Below are positions 37,478 through 47,400 of a stretch of 56,789 nt of DNA, piece after piece. The notes below the pieces were generated by a model, which worked only from the letters and a program-made list of their open reading frames with translations, did not search any database and was not told the origin of the DNA. This DNA comes from Eubacteriales bacterium. GTDB lineage: Bacteria; Bacillota; Clostridia; Oscillospirales; CAG-272. The stretch is from assembly GCA_045532575.1 (NCBI GenBank), contig JAZSGE010000016.1:1-56789 (forward strand), written 5' to 3'. The translations under genes and the position numbers were made by a program. How positions within the stretch are numbered: position 1 is the stretch's first letter; every line of letters begins with the position of its first letter.

Positions 37478-38980
37478 ATGCTCCGCACCGTCATTTTTTC
37501 CGATGAGATCACCGTCTTCTGGGACAAGCAATGGGAGCTGCCCGACGGCGTTCTCTACCGTGCGACCCTCGGTGATACCATCATCGAGACCACCTATACC
37601 CACGTGACCTTCGCCCCCCTGACCCCCGCGACCGACTACACGCTCAAGGTCGAGCGGATCGAGGACGGCTGTGCCGTCGAATGCCTCGGCGCCCTGCCCC
37701 TCTCGACCCCGGCCGCCAAGCGCCGCATTGACGTGACCGCCGCGCCCTATTCCGCCGTGGGTGACGGGGTGACCGTCAATACCGCCGCACTCCAGGCCGC
37801 CATCAACGCCTGCGGCGAGGGCGACTGCGTCTATTTCCCGGCCGGCGACTTTCTTTCGGGCGCGCTTGATCTTCACAGCGATATGGAGATCTATCTTGAG
37901 GAGGGCGCGACCCTGCGCGGCACCGCCGCCATCGAGGATTACCTCCCGCGCATCCTGAGCCGCTTCGAGGGGATCGAGGGAATGTGCTACCGCTCACTCC
38001 TGAATATGGGCACGCTTGATCACGCCGGCGGCGTGAATTGCCGCAATATCGCGATCCGCGGTAAGGGCGCGATCCTTGGTGGCGGTGCCGCCCACGCCGA
38101 GGCGATCCTCGCCGACGAGCGCGAGCGCCTCAAGAAATTCCTCGAGGAAAACGCCGCTTACGTCAAGACCTGCGAGAACGACAACACCATCCCGGGGCGT
38201 GTCCGCTCGCGTCTTCTCCATATCGCCAACTGCGAGAACGTCGTGATTGCCGGCCTCACCCTCGGCTACGCCGCCTCGTGGAACGTCCACATGATCTACT
38301 CGAAAAGCATCGTGACCTACGGTTGTCGTATCCTTTCACGCGGTGTCTGGAACGGTGACGGCTGGGATCCCGATTCCTCCGAGGATTGCGTCATCTTCGA
38401 TACCCACTTTGAGACGCACGACAACTCGATCGCCATCAAATCAGGCAAGAACCCCGAGGGCAATATCATCGGCCGCCCGACGGTCGGCGTCCGCATCTTC
38501 CATTGTGACGGCGGCGAGTGCATGGCCGTTGGGAGTGAGATGTCGGGCGGTGTCAGCGATGTCTACATCTGGGACTGCGACTTCACCGAATCCAATGCCG
38601 GCATCGGGCTTAAGGTCACCGACAAGCGCGGCGGCTATATCCGCAACGTGCGCGTCCGCAACTGTCGCTTCGTCAATCTCCGCGCCCGCCGCGTCTCCTT
38701 CAACGATGACGGCGAGCCTGCCCCCACCCTCCCGATCGTCGAGGATATCCTCTTTGAGAACGTGGAATTCACAGGGCTTTCCATCAACCACGATGGCACC
38801 CGCAAGCCGACCGAGGTCCTCTTCCTCATGGGCCCCGAGGACGAGGCGCACTACTTCCGCCGCCTGACCTTCCGCGGTCTTCGCATCCCCTGCCGCGCGG
38901 ACGGTAAGACCGCCCCCCTCGCGATCCGCAACGTCAAGGACCTCACGATCGAGGGCCTCACCTTTTTCCCCGAGACCTAG
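37478..38980 (+). CDS. GH28 polygalacturonase-family protein with an N-terminal FN3-like domain
   Basis: A.GDG...NT.ALQ.AI, NGDGWDP, IAIKSG, GSEMSGG and RGG.I.NV; catalytic motifs partly altered. Confidence 0.88.
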   Translation: MLRTVIFSDEITVFWDKQWELPDGVLYRATLGDTIIETTYTHVTFAPLTPATDYTLKVERIEDGCAVECLGALPLSTPAAKRRIDVTAAPYSAVGDGVTVNTAALQAAINACGEGDCVYFPAGDFLSGALDLHSDMEIYLEEGATLRGTAAIEDYLPRILSRFEGIEGMCYRSLLNMGTLDHAGGVNCRNIAIRGKGAILGGGAAHAEAILADERERLKKFLEENAAYVKTCENDNTIPGRVRSRLLHIANCENVVIAGLTLGYAASWNVHMIYSKSIVTYGCRILSRGVWNGDGWDPDSSEDCVIFDTHFETHDNSIAIKSGKNPEGNIIGRPTVGVRIFHCDGGECMAVGSEMSGGVSDVYIWDCDFTESNAGIGLKVTDKRGGYIRNVRVRNCRFVNLRARRVSFNDDGEPAPTLPIVEDILFENVEFTGLSINHDGTRKPTEVLFLMGPEDEAHYFRRLTFRGLRIPCRADGKTAPLAIRNVKDLTIEGLTFFPET

Positions 38981-39041
38981 GAAAAGCGCATCCATTTTCA
39001 ACCGCTCACAAAAACCATACGCATTCATAAGGAGAACCGCC

Positions 39042-39329
39042 ATGTATACGATCAGTGTTACCTTCAAGTGCCTTCCCGGCAAGCGCGAGGCCTTCCTCGA
39101 GAGAGTCGAGGCCGAGGGCATCCGCGATGCCGTCCTCGCCGAGGACGGCTGCCACCGCTACGATTACTACGCCGCCGCTGCCGATCCCAATGAGCTCCTG
39201 CTCATCGAGGCGTGGGAGACGAAGCACCACCAGGAGGTGCATATCGAGCAGCCGCATATGGCGCGTCTGCGCTCCTTCAAGGGCGAGTACATCGAGACGA
39301 CGACTCTCAAGGAATTTGAGCTGAAATAA
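39042..39329 (+). CDS. ABM-domain (putative quinol monooxygenase) protein
   Basis: EDGC..YDYY, LLIE.W, H...PHM. Confidence 0.85.
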   Translation: MYTISVTFKCLPGKREAFLERVEAEGIRDAVLAEDGCHRYDYYAAAADPNELLLIEAWETKHHQEVHIEQPHMARLRSFKGEYIETTTLKEFELK

Positions 39330-39480
39330 AGAAAAACCGCGGCATCTGCCGCGGTTTTTCTTTGCCTTGCATCGCACGCTGCCGGGGTGCACACGGTTGC
39401 TTTCGGCGAGGGCTTATCCCGGATTGACCCAAAAGGCCCACGCGCCGATCACAGCGCGTGGGCCTTATAGGCAAGGAGCC

Positions 39481-41097
39481 TCAGTTATTCCAGGTGTAGA
39501 AGCGGCGCACTCCGCCATACTCCCGGTACCAATCGAAGGTGAAACGGAAGCCGTCGGCAGTCTCAAAGATCGAGGGCTCCTGATGGCCGAGCCAATCAAC
39601 GGGGATCGCGCCGTTGCCTCCCTCCGAGGCGACCCTGTAGATCCCCCGGATGCGCCCCATCTCCTCCTGTGTCAGGGTACCGGGCGTGACCGAGGCAAGC
39701 GTCGCCGCCCCCGTGATGGCGGCCGCCTCGAGAAAGTCGAGGTTCGCCCTATGCGACACCTTATCGGTAAAGGCCGCACAGTCGGGATCGTGCGAGAAGA
39801 AGGTACCGTTCTGCGGTAGGCGGACAAAAGTCCCCACGCCGTCGGCGCGCGTGATCTCAAAGTTTCTCCCCGAGGTATCGTCTCCCACACGCTGAACGGC
39901 GTGGATCCCTGCGGCAAGATGGCCGAAGGTGTTGCATCCGATGACCGTGGCGCCGCCGGCGGCCACCTCGATCGTGCGGTACAGCTCACGCATGATGTAG
40001 GCGGTCGGGTGATGCCTGTCATAAAAGGCGGGGAGGCCCTTCGAATCAAAGACCGAGTTCACGGTATCCATCGTGGTGAAATCGTGCTTGATGAGATCGT
40101 ATCCCCACGAGCGGATACGCGCGATATCGGCGGCGACAAGCTCAAGCGTATAGGGATGCGACGGGTCGAGGACGGTGCCGCCATCGCCCTTGCGGATGCC
40201 GACTGCCTCCTCCGGCACGGGCAGGCAGGTCAGAAGCGGGCGCATCCATAGGCCGGCCTTAGCGCCCCTCGCGCGGATGGCGGCGGCCGTCTCGGCCATC
40301 GAGGCAAAGCCTGCGTTGGTCTTGTCCCACGGGCCGCCGTTATAACCGCCAAAGCGATGGGAATAGCGGTTCAGCTGCCAGCCGTCGTCAATGATCATAT
40401 GTGGGCGTGTCGCGCTATCAGCGGTCATCTCCATCAGGTAGTCACATTCGTCGAGCACGCTCCCGTGCGTGATGTTGCCGTACGCCCAGTACCAGTTGTT
40501 GACACCGAAGACCGGCTCCTTCGGGAGATTCGGCCGAGGACACATCAGGCGGCAGAATTCCTCGGCAGCGCGGTAGGGCAGCTCGTCCTCGCGCCCACGG
40601 CGACAAACGATCTCACAGGCAACCAGAGGCTCAAGGAGCTCAACGGCCTGACCGCCGGTGCGGACGTCGATCCACGCCGTAATGCCAAAGGGATCGCATT
40701 CAAACCAAACGAAGGTCGAGGCACCCGTCTTCACCCCGAAGGAGTGCAGGGCCGTCCCGTCGTACAGATGGAAATACCAGGGCATCCGACGGCGAGGCTC
40801 AAGGCCCGTCCACACGCATTCGAGGTCCGCCTTCTTGGAAATGCCGATGCGCTCCCAGCCGTCACCTAGGCAAAGGAGTCCTGCGGTGAGGTCACCGTCC
40901 CAACGGAGCTTAACGCGCAGATAAGGGCGCTCCGTAGGATATAAGGTGACGGCAAGGGCGTTGCCGTTTTTTGAAAAATCAATCCTCTCACGCCGCTCCT
41001 CAAGGCTATCGGGCTCCTCAAAGCGGACGGCGCTGTCAGCATACTGAAACAGGATATGATCGGGCGCGCGGCAGATATCGAAAAAGGCGTGCTTCAT
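39481..41097 (-). CDS. Clan-D (GH27/GH36-like) alpha-glycosidase
   Basis: NNWYWAY, IDDGWQ, GLW.RP, IKHDF nucleophile and RVGDD acid/base. Confidence 0.78.
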   Translation of the reverse strand: MKHAFFDICRAPDHILFQYADSAVRFEEPDSLEERRERIDFSKNGNALAVTLYPTERPYLRVKLRWDGDLTAGLLCLGDGWERIGISKKADLECVWTGLEPRRRMPWYFHLYDGTALHSFGVKTGASTFVWFECDPFGITAWIDVRTGGQAVELLEPLVACEIVCRRGREDELPYRAAEEFCRLMCPRPNLPKEPVFGVNNWYWAYGNITHGSVLDECDYLMEMTADSATRPHMIIDDGWQLNRYSHRFGGYNGGPWDKTNAGFASMAETAAAIRARGAKAGLWMRPLLTCLPVPEEAVGIRKGDGGTVLDPSHPYTLELVAADIARIRSWGYDLIKHDFTTMDTVNSVFDSKGLPAFYDRHHPTAYIMRELYRTIEVAAGGATVIGCNTFGHLAAGIHAVQRVGDDTSGRNFEITRADGVGTFVRLPQNGTFFSHDPDCAAFTDKVSHRANLDFLEAAAITGAATLASVTPGTLTQEEMGRIRGIYRVASEGGNGAIPVDWLGHQEPSIFETADGFRFTFDWYREYGGVRRFYTWNN

Positions 41098-41343
41098 ACA
41101 ACTTCTCCTTGTGTTTTTCTTCTACTATACAAAAATTATACAAAAACCCCACCCTCTTGTCAAGCGCATCACGCAATTTGCGTCATCCATCCCCCCTCTC
41201 CCTGCCGGGAGCACACGAAAAAACCTCCCTTCGCCCTCAGCTGCCTGCGGATCCGATATCAAATCCTGCTGTGAAGCTCGCAAAAGCGTTGCAAATCGCC
41301 CGTCTTTGTGCTATAATAGGAGCTATCGGAGGAAGTCTTCACC

Positions 41344-42711
41344 ATGGAAAAAAGCAAGGAATTTTTAGGTACCGCGCCGGTCGGACGGCTCTTATTCAAG
41401 CTGGCGATCCCCACCGTCATCGCCCAGCTTGTCAATATGCTCTACAATATCGTTGACCGTATCTACATCGGCCACATTCCCGAAAACGGCAATCTCGCCC
41501 TGACGGGGGTCGGGGTCTGTATGCCGCTCATTATGCTCGTCTCGGCCTTCGCCGCCCTCGTCAGCTCGGGTGGTGCTCCGCGCGCCTCCATCTTCCTCGG
41601 GAAGGGGGATAAGGTGAGCGCCGAAAGGACCCTTGGCGCCTGCTTCGGTCTCCAGCTCGTCCTCTCGGCGATCCTGACCGCCGTCCTCTGCCTCTGGAGC
41701 CGTGACCTGCTCCTCGCCTTCGGCGCCAGCGAAAACACGATCGGCTACGCCACCGACTATATGCGGATCTACGCCCTCGGCACCGTCTTCGTCCAGCTGA
41801 CCCTCGGCATGACGGCCTTCGTCTCGGCGCAGGGCTTCACCGGGATCTCGATGCTCTCGGTCATCCTCGGCGCCGTCGCCAATACCGCCCTCGATCCCCT
41901 CTTCATCTACGGCTTTGACATGGGCGTCCGTGGGGCGGCCCTGGCCACCGTCCTCTCGCAGGCCCTCTCCTCTGCCTTTCTGCTTACCTTCCTCTTTGGG
42001 AAGAAGACCCTCCTCCGCATCCGCCGTGAGCATCTCATCGCCTCCCCGGGGGTCATCCTGCCCTGCCTCGCGCTCGGCACCGCCTCCTTTATCATGCAAT
42101 CGAGCGAAAGCGTGATCTCCATCTGCTTCAACTCCTCCCTGCTCGGCTACGGCGGCGATATCGCCGTTGGCGCTATGACGATACTGACAAGCATCATGCA
42201 GTTCGCCATGCTCCCCCTCCAGGGCTTTGCCCAGGGGGCCCAGCCCATCCTCAGCTATAACTACGGCGCAAGGAACCGCGAGCGGGTCAAGCGGACCTAT
42301 TTTCTTCTCCTCGCCGTCTGCCTTGCCTATTCGGCACTTCTCTGGCTCGCCGTCATGCTCTTCCCCCGGGCCTTTGCCGCCATGTTCACCACCGAGCGTG
42401 CGCTCCTTGACTTCACCGAGGGGGTCCTTCGCCTCTATTTTGGCGGCATGCTCCTCTTCGGCATCCAGGTCGCCTGCCAGATGACCTTCGTCTCGCTCGG
42501 CAACGCCGCCTCCTCGGTCCTCGTGGCCGTTGTCCGCAAATTTGTCCTTCTCCTTCCCCTCATCTATCTTATGCCCCACCTCGTCAAGGACCCCACCGTC
42601 GGTGTCTATATGGCCGAGCCCATTGCCGATGTCCTCGCCGTCACCTTCACGGGGATCCTCTTCCTCTTCCGCTTCCGCCGTGCCCTCCTGCGCATCGCAC
42701 CGCAGCCTTAG
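41344..42711 (+). CDS. MATE family efflux transporter
   Basis: NMLYNIVDRIYIG, LDPLFI.GF.MGV.GAALAT, GAQP..SYNYGA and AEPIAD. Confidence 0.93.
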   Translation: MEKSKEFLGTAPVGRLLFKLAIPTVIAQLVNMLYNIVDRIYIGHIPENGNLALTGVGVCMPLIMLVSAFAALVSSGGAPRASIFLGKGDKVSAERTLGACFGLQLVLSAILTAVLCLWSRDLLLAFGASENTIGYATDYMRIYALGTVFVQLTLGMTAFVSAQGFTGISMLSVILGAVANTALDPLFIYGFDMGVRGAALATVLSQALSSAFLLTFLFGKKTLLRIRREHLIASPGVILPCLALGTASFIMQSSESVISICFNSSLLGYGGDIAVGAMTILTSIMQFAMLPLQGFAQGAQPILSYNYGARNRERVKRTYFLLLAVCLAYSALLWLAVMLFPRAFAAMFTTERALLDFTEGVLRLYFGGMLLFGIQVACQMTFVSLGNAASSVLVAVVRKFVLLLPLIYLMPHLVKDPTVGVYMAEPIADVLAVTFTGILFLFRFRRALLRIAPQP

Positions 42712-42809
42712 GATTGTAAAGAAAACATAGCAAAAAAGAGCGTCCCCCGGGGGATGCTCTTTTTTATCCGCACATTGGTTCAAGGGAGGGCGATCCCCCC
42801 GAAGCCCCT

Positions 42810-43646
42810 CTATATCTGATGCTTTTTGCGGTATTCCCCGGGCGAAAGCCCAAGGCTCCTTTGAAAAAGACGGCAAAAGTAGACCGAGGAGCCGAAGCCG
42901 CACTCGGCGGCGATCCGTTTGATGCTCTTTCTCGTAAAGCGCAGCTCCTCGGTGGCGCGCTGCAGCTTTTGTGCATTGACATACTCGATAACCGAAAGCC
43001 CGGTCTTCCGCTTGAAAAGGCGGCAAAGATAGGACTTCGTGATAAAAAAGCGTGAGGTCAGCTCATCCAGCCCCGTGAAGGTCAGGGCATGCTCGCCAAG
43101 ATACGCCGTGATCCCGGCGATCAGACTGCTCTCGCGGCCATCGCCGAGGGAGGGGATATCCCGGCAGGCAAACAAGAGACGGAGGATCGCGCCGAGGAGG
43201 AGAAAATCCTCCGGCGATCCGTTCAGCTCGGTAAGGAGCGAGACGATCCGGACGTAGCTCCCCTCGTCAAGCGTCAGCTTCTTCCGCTCAAACAGCGAAA
43301 GGATCGCCGCCTTTCCCTCGGGCGCAAAGTACCGATCAAGATAGGTCTCCTTGAAGTAGAACACGTAGCGGCTGTACGCGCTCCCCTCGGTCGAGTGCAG
43401 CTCAAAGGGGCGGATCAGAGCGACCTCGCGCGCCGAGAGCGAGATCAGCGTGCCATCAATGAGATACTTGCGCTCACCCTTTTCGAGAATGTAGATCTCG
43501 TAGGCATCGTGATAATGCACCTCGCTCATCTTTCCGCCGCGGTGGTCGGCGGTATAGTCAACGCGTAGCTCGCTGGCGGTGTCGGTGTAAAGCTCGTCCA
43601 TACAGCAGGCGCTCCTTTTTGGCAGGATGTCAATATCATATAACAT
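42810..43646 (-). CDS. AraC family transcriptional regulator
   Basis: Cupin HYH..YEIY; YLCRLFK..TG; IA.ECGF.S..YF.R.F....G.SP.EYR. Confidence 0.92.
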   Translation of the reverse strand: MLYDIDILPKRSACCMDELYTDTASELRVDYTADHRGGKMSEVHYHDAYEIYILEKGERKYLIDGTLISLSAREVALIRPFELHSTEGSAYSRYVFYFKETYLDRYFAPEGKAAILSLFERKKLTLDEGSYVRIVSLLTELNGSPEDFLLLGAILRLLFACRDIPSLGDGRESSLIAGITAYLGEHALTFTGLDELTSRFFITKSYLCRLFKRKTGLSVIEYVNAQKLQRATEELRFTRKSIKRIAAECGFGSSVYFCRLFQRSLGLSPGEYRKKHQI

Positions 43647-43740
43647 TTTTGCGTTTTAGTCAAGATTGTTCCTTGATTTTACTACTTTTTTGTTGTATTA
43701 TGAGGTTGAAATCACCCAAGAAGGGCAAAAAGGAGACGCT

Positions 43741-45135
43741 ATGTATTACGAAAACAAAACGGCCAAGGACCTGAAGATCGCCTATATCGGCGGCGGCTCG
43801 CGCAGCTGGGCACGGAATATGATGAGCGACCTGGCGCTTGAGCCCGCGCTCTCGGGCACCGTCTATCTCTACGATATCGACCGCGCCTCGGCGGAGCAGA
43901 ACGCCATCATCGGGAACGATATCTCCTACCATCACCCCGAATACAACAACTTCAAATACGTCGCCACCGATACCGCCGAGGAGGCGCTGGACGGTGCCGA
44001 CTTCGTCGTGATGTCGATCCTCCCCGGCACCTTTGACGAAATGGAGTCCGACGTCCATACCCCCGAGAAGTACGGCATCTATCAGGCCGTTGGCGATACC
44101 GTCGGTCTTGGCGGCCTCGTCCGCGCCCTGCGTACCCTGCCGATCTTCGAGGACTACGCCCGTCTGATCGAGCGCTACTGCCCGAAGGCGTGGGTCATCA
44201 ACTACACCAACCCCATGACCGTCTGTACCGACATCCTCTACAAGACCTTCCCCGGCATCCGCGCGATCGGCTGCTGCCATGAGGTCGCGGGCACGCAGAT
44301 CGTGCTTCGTGATGCCCTTGAGGACATCCTCGGTCTTACCAATGTCTATTTCCCGGATATCAAGGTCAACGTGATGGGTGTCAACCACTTCACCTGGCTG
44401 ACCTCCGCCACCTACCGTGATATCGACGTCTTCCCCGTCTTTCGTGCCTTCTGCGAAAAGTACCAAAAGACCGGTCACGGCCGTGAAAAGTCGAATCAGA
44501 ACTGGATGAACCGCTTCTTCAAGTGCGATCAGCGCGTCAAGATCGATCTCTTCCTCCGCTACGGCTATATCGCCGCGGCGGGCGACCGTCACCTCGCCGA
44601 GTTCTGCCCGGCCGCGTGGTATATGAAGGATCCCGAGACCGTGGAAAGCTGGGGCTTCAGCCTGACCCCTGTCAGCTGGCGCCGTGAGCGCACCCGTGAG
44701 CTGGCGGAGCGAGGCGCGCGGATGGCGAGGCGCGAGGAGCCCTTTAAGATCACGCCGTCCGGCGAGCTGGGTGTCGCCCAGATGAAGGCTCTCCTCGGCC
44801 TTGGCGACCTTGTCACCAACGTCAACCTCCCGAACCGCGGGCAGATCCCGAACCTGCCCCTCGGCGCCGTCGTTGAGACCAACGCCTACTTCACCTCGGG
44901 GAGCATGGTACCGATGTTTGCCGGCGAAATGCCCGGCCCGATCCTCGGTCTTACCGAGCGCATCGTCGCCAACCAGCAAATGCTGGTCGAGGCGGTCATG
45001 AAGCGCGACCTTGACCTCGCCTTTGAGGCCTTCCTCGCCGATCCCCAGAACACCCTCGACATCCCCACCTCGAAGAAGCTCTTCCGCGAGATGCTCGAGA
45101 ACACCAAAAAGTACCTCGCAATGTACGACCTTTGA
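43741..45135 (+). CDS. GH4 alpha-galacturonidase (LplD-like)
   Basis: IGGGSR.W, INYTNPM, CCHEV (CHEV subfamily signature), NHFTW and AGDRHLAEF. Confidence 0.9.
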   Translation: MYYENKTAKDLKIAYIGGGSRSWARNMMSDLALEPALSGTVYLYDIDRASAEQNAIIGNDISYHHPEYNNFKYVATDTAEEALDGADFVVMSILPGTFDEMESDVHTPEKYGIYQAVGDTVGLGGLVRALRTLPIFEDYARLIERYCPKAWVINYTNPMTVCTDILYKTFPGIRAIGCCHEVAGTQIVLRDALEDILGLTNVYFPDIKVNVMGVNHFTWLTSATYRDIDVFPVFRAFCEKYQKTGHGREKSNQNWMNRFFKCDQRVKIDLFLRYGYIAAAGDRHLAEFCPAAWYMKDPETVESWGFSLTPVSWRRERTRELAERGARMARREEPFKITPSGELGVAQMKALLGLGDLVTNVNLPNRGQIPNLPLGAVVETNAYFTSGSMVPMFAGEMPGPILGLTERIVANQQMLVEAVMKRDLDLAFEAFLADPQNTLDIPTSKKLFREMLENTKKYLAMYDL

Positions 45136-45224
45136 TCCTGCCTCGGGATCGCCGAGAGAAAATCAAAAAAGAGCATCCGAGAGGGGTTCCTACCATAAAG
45201 CAGATTTTGACCTGCCGAAAAAGC

Positions 45225-45260
45225 AAAAGGAGTACGAGCAACGTTGCTCGTACTCCTTTT
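45225..45260. terminator. Perfect 36-bp palindrome / terminator
   Basis: AAAAGGAGTACGAGCAAC|GTTGCTCGTACTCCTTTT. Confidence 0.8.
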
Positions 45261-45329
45261 CGCACACCTTGCCTGCAAGGTATGGTGTGTTGCACCTCTT
45301 AGGTGTACTGTCGGGTGGTAAGCATATAA

Positions 45330-45507
45330 GTGAAATGTTTTGCTGTCGCGAAACGTGAAATAATATGCTGCTCGCATATTGTGAAATATCTCACTGCGTT
45401 CGATGTGAAATGAAATTTGCCCACGTTCGCGTAGCGAACATTTCACATTTGCAAGGCAAATATTTCACCGCGAAGCGATTTCACTTGCCCGAATGAGCAA
45501 ATTTCGT
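45330..45507. repeat. Mirror-symmetric GTGAAAT/ATTTCAC heptamer-hairpin array
   Basis: GTGAAAT at 45330, 45355, 45381, 45405; ATTTCAC at 45440, 45462, 45478 (ATTTCGT at 45501); a different small hairpin in each spacer. Confidence 0.85.
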
Positions 45508-45508
45508 T

Positions 45509-45536
45509 GGGGCACCTGCTTTATCGCAGGTGCCCC
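45509..45536 (-). terminator. Stem-loop downstream of ftsZ
   Basis: GGGGCACCTGC-tttatc-GCAGGTGCCCC. Confidence 0.65.
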
Positions 45537-45560
45537 GAGGGGCGGCTCTTCTTTTTTCGT

Positions 45561-46715
45561 TTAAATGTCGCGCTTAGCGCCCTTGAAGGGCTTATGGAAG
45601 ACGCTCAGGGCATCCTCGAAATCGGCATCCGAAAGGGTCGCTGTCGGTGTCTGGCGCGGGGTGGGTGCCTCGGCAGGTGTTTCAGCGATGCCGGTAAAGA
45701 TCGGCTCCTCTGCGGTCACGGCCGCGCGGCGCTCGAGGGTACCGAGGGGCTTCTTGGCTCCCTCAAAGCCGGTGGCAATGATGGTGATGCGGAGCTCGTC
45801 CTCAAGGAGGGGATCGAAGGTCGCACCCCAGATGATGTTGGCATCGGGATGGCTCTCGGCCGCGATGATGTTCGAGGCGAGATAGATGTCGTCAAGCGGC
45901 ACATCGGGCGCGCCCGTGATGCTGGCGAGGATGCCGGTCGCCCCGGCGATCGAGGTCTCGAGCAGGGGAGAGCAGATGGCCTGCTTGGCCGCGATCTCGG
46001 CCTTGTCGGGCCCCTTGCCGCAGCCCATCGCCATGTGGGCAAGGCCCGCATCCTTCATGATGGTGCTGACGTCGGCAAAGTCGAGGTTGATAAAGCCCGG
46101 GACATTGATGAGCTCGGAGACCGAGCGTACGCCCTGCAGGAGGACGTCATCGGCGATCGCAAAGGCGTTGGCCAGCGTGATCTTGGCATCCGAGACCTGC
46201 TTCAGGCGGTCGTTCGGGATCACGATCAGCGAATCGACCACCGAGCGGAGGGTCTCGACCCCCATCTCGGCCTGGGCGATACGCTTTTTGCCCTCAAAGG
46301 CAAAGGGCATCGTCACGATACCCACGGTCAGGATCCCCATGTCATGGGAGGCCGCGGCAATGACGGGAGCGGCGCCCGTGCCGGTTCCGCCGCCCATGCC
46401 GGCCGTCACAAAGACCATGTCGGCACCCTTGATCTGCTCGCGGATCTCATCGAGGTTCTCCTCGGCCGCGAGGCGCCCGATCTCGGGGTTCGAGCCGGCA
46501 CCGCGACCGTTCGTCGTCTTCTGCCCGATCTCGATCTTGGTCGAGGCGCGCGAGGCGCGGAGCGCCTGCCCGTCGGTATTCACGGCGATGAACTCGACCC
46601 CGTGGATGTTGCTCGATATCATGCGGTCAATGGCGTTGTTGCCACCGCCGCCCACACCGAACACCTTGATCACGATGCCGGCGCTTGCTTCTCTTTCGTT
46701 CATTTCAAAATCCAT
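45561..46715 (-). CDS. ftsZ: Cell division protein FtsZ
   Basis: [22 protein letters not shown] tubulin signature and INLDFADV. Confidence 0.97.
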   Translation of the reverse strand: MDFEMNEREASAGIVIKVFGVGGGGNNAIDRMISSNIHGVEFIAVNTDGQALRASRASTKIEIGQKTTNGRGAGSNPEIGRLAAEENLDEIREQIKGADMVFVTAGMGGGTGTGAAPVIAAASHDMGILTVGIVTMPFAFEGKKRIAQAEMGVETLRSVVDSLIVIPNDRLKQVSDAKITLANAFAIADDVLLQGVRSVSELINVPGFINLDFADVSTIMKDAGLAHMAMGCGKGPDKAEIAAKQAICSPLLETSIAGATGILASITGAPDVPLDDIYLASNIIAAESHPDANIIWGATFDPLLEDELRITIIATGFEGAKKPLGTLERRAAVTAEEPIFTGIAETPAEAPTPRQTPTATLSDADFEDALSVFHKPFKGAKRDI

Positions 46716-46824
46716 GATGACCCTCCGTTTTGTAAGGTGAGGTTTACAAGAAATAACGGTGTGTGCCGTGTGTGGCGGAAAAACCGACGGCAAAGGGAGG
46801 CTTGCCTCCCAACACCTATATATA

Positions 46825-46852
46825 ATTATACCATTTTCGACACCGATTGCAA
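46825..46852 (-). promoter_or_regulatory. ftsZ promoter with an embedded Spo0A-box match
   Basis: TTGCAA-16-TGgTATAAT with TGTCGAA (46842-46836) in the spacer. Confidence 0.6.
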
Positions 46853-46870
46853 GCCCCAACACCAATTTTT

Positions 46871-47311
46871 TTATTTTTCTTCAGAGGGGAGGCCACGGCC
46901 GCGCTCGTTATAGACGGGGATGCCGGCCGCCGCAAGGAGGGCGGCGGTAACGCCCATACCCGTGCGGCGTGTCCGCGTGAAGCTGCCGTCATAGATCCCC
47001 TCGGTGCCGCAGGAGGGGCTCATGTCCTTGAGGATAACGCCGTCAGCTCCCATGCGGCGGCAAAGGGCGAGGGTCGCCTCGGCACCGCGCCGGTAGGCGG
47101 CTGTGACGTCCGTCCCCTCGCAATTCACGACCCGCTCCCCCTGCCGCTCGGCCGGCGGGCGCGGGGTCGGCAGTCCGCCCATCACCTCGGGGCAGATGGG
47201 GATGAGAGTGTGGTGCGCGGCGATCGCCGCGATCTCGGGGCTTATGGGGCGGCTTTTGCCGTCATAGCGGCAGGCCTCGCCCAAAAGACACGCGCTGATA
47301 AGAAAGGTCAT
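46871..47311 (-). CDS. DUF523 / 2-thiouracil desulfurase (TudS)-family Fe-S protein
   Basis: SACLLG..CRYDG, CPEV.GGL.TPR, LK..SPSCG and G.GVTA. Confidence 0.9.
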   Translation of the reverse strand: MTFLISACLLGEACRYDGKSRPISPEIAAIAAHHTLIPICPEVMGGLPTPRPPAERQGERVVNCEGTDVTAAYRRGAEATLALCRRMGADGVILKDMSPSCGTEGIYDGSFTRTRRTGMGVTAALLAAAGIPVYNERGRGLPSEEK

Positions 47312-47400
47312 AGTACCTCCGGAGCGAACGGTTGACATTATGGGTGTTGTATGCTACAATGAAAAGGCATCAAAAAACGACACGGGGAGGAGGGAAGAGC

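Noticed and set aside
45330-45507. CRISPR array
   Set aside because: The constant part is only 7 nt, inverts midway, spacers are short hairpins and there are no cas genes; kept as a different kind of element
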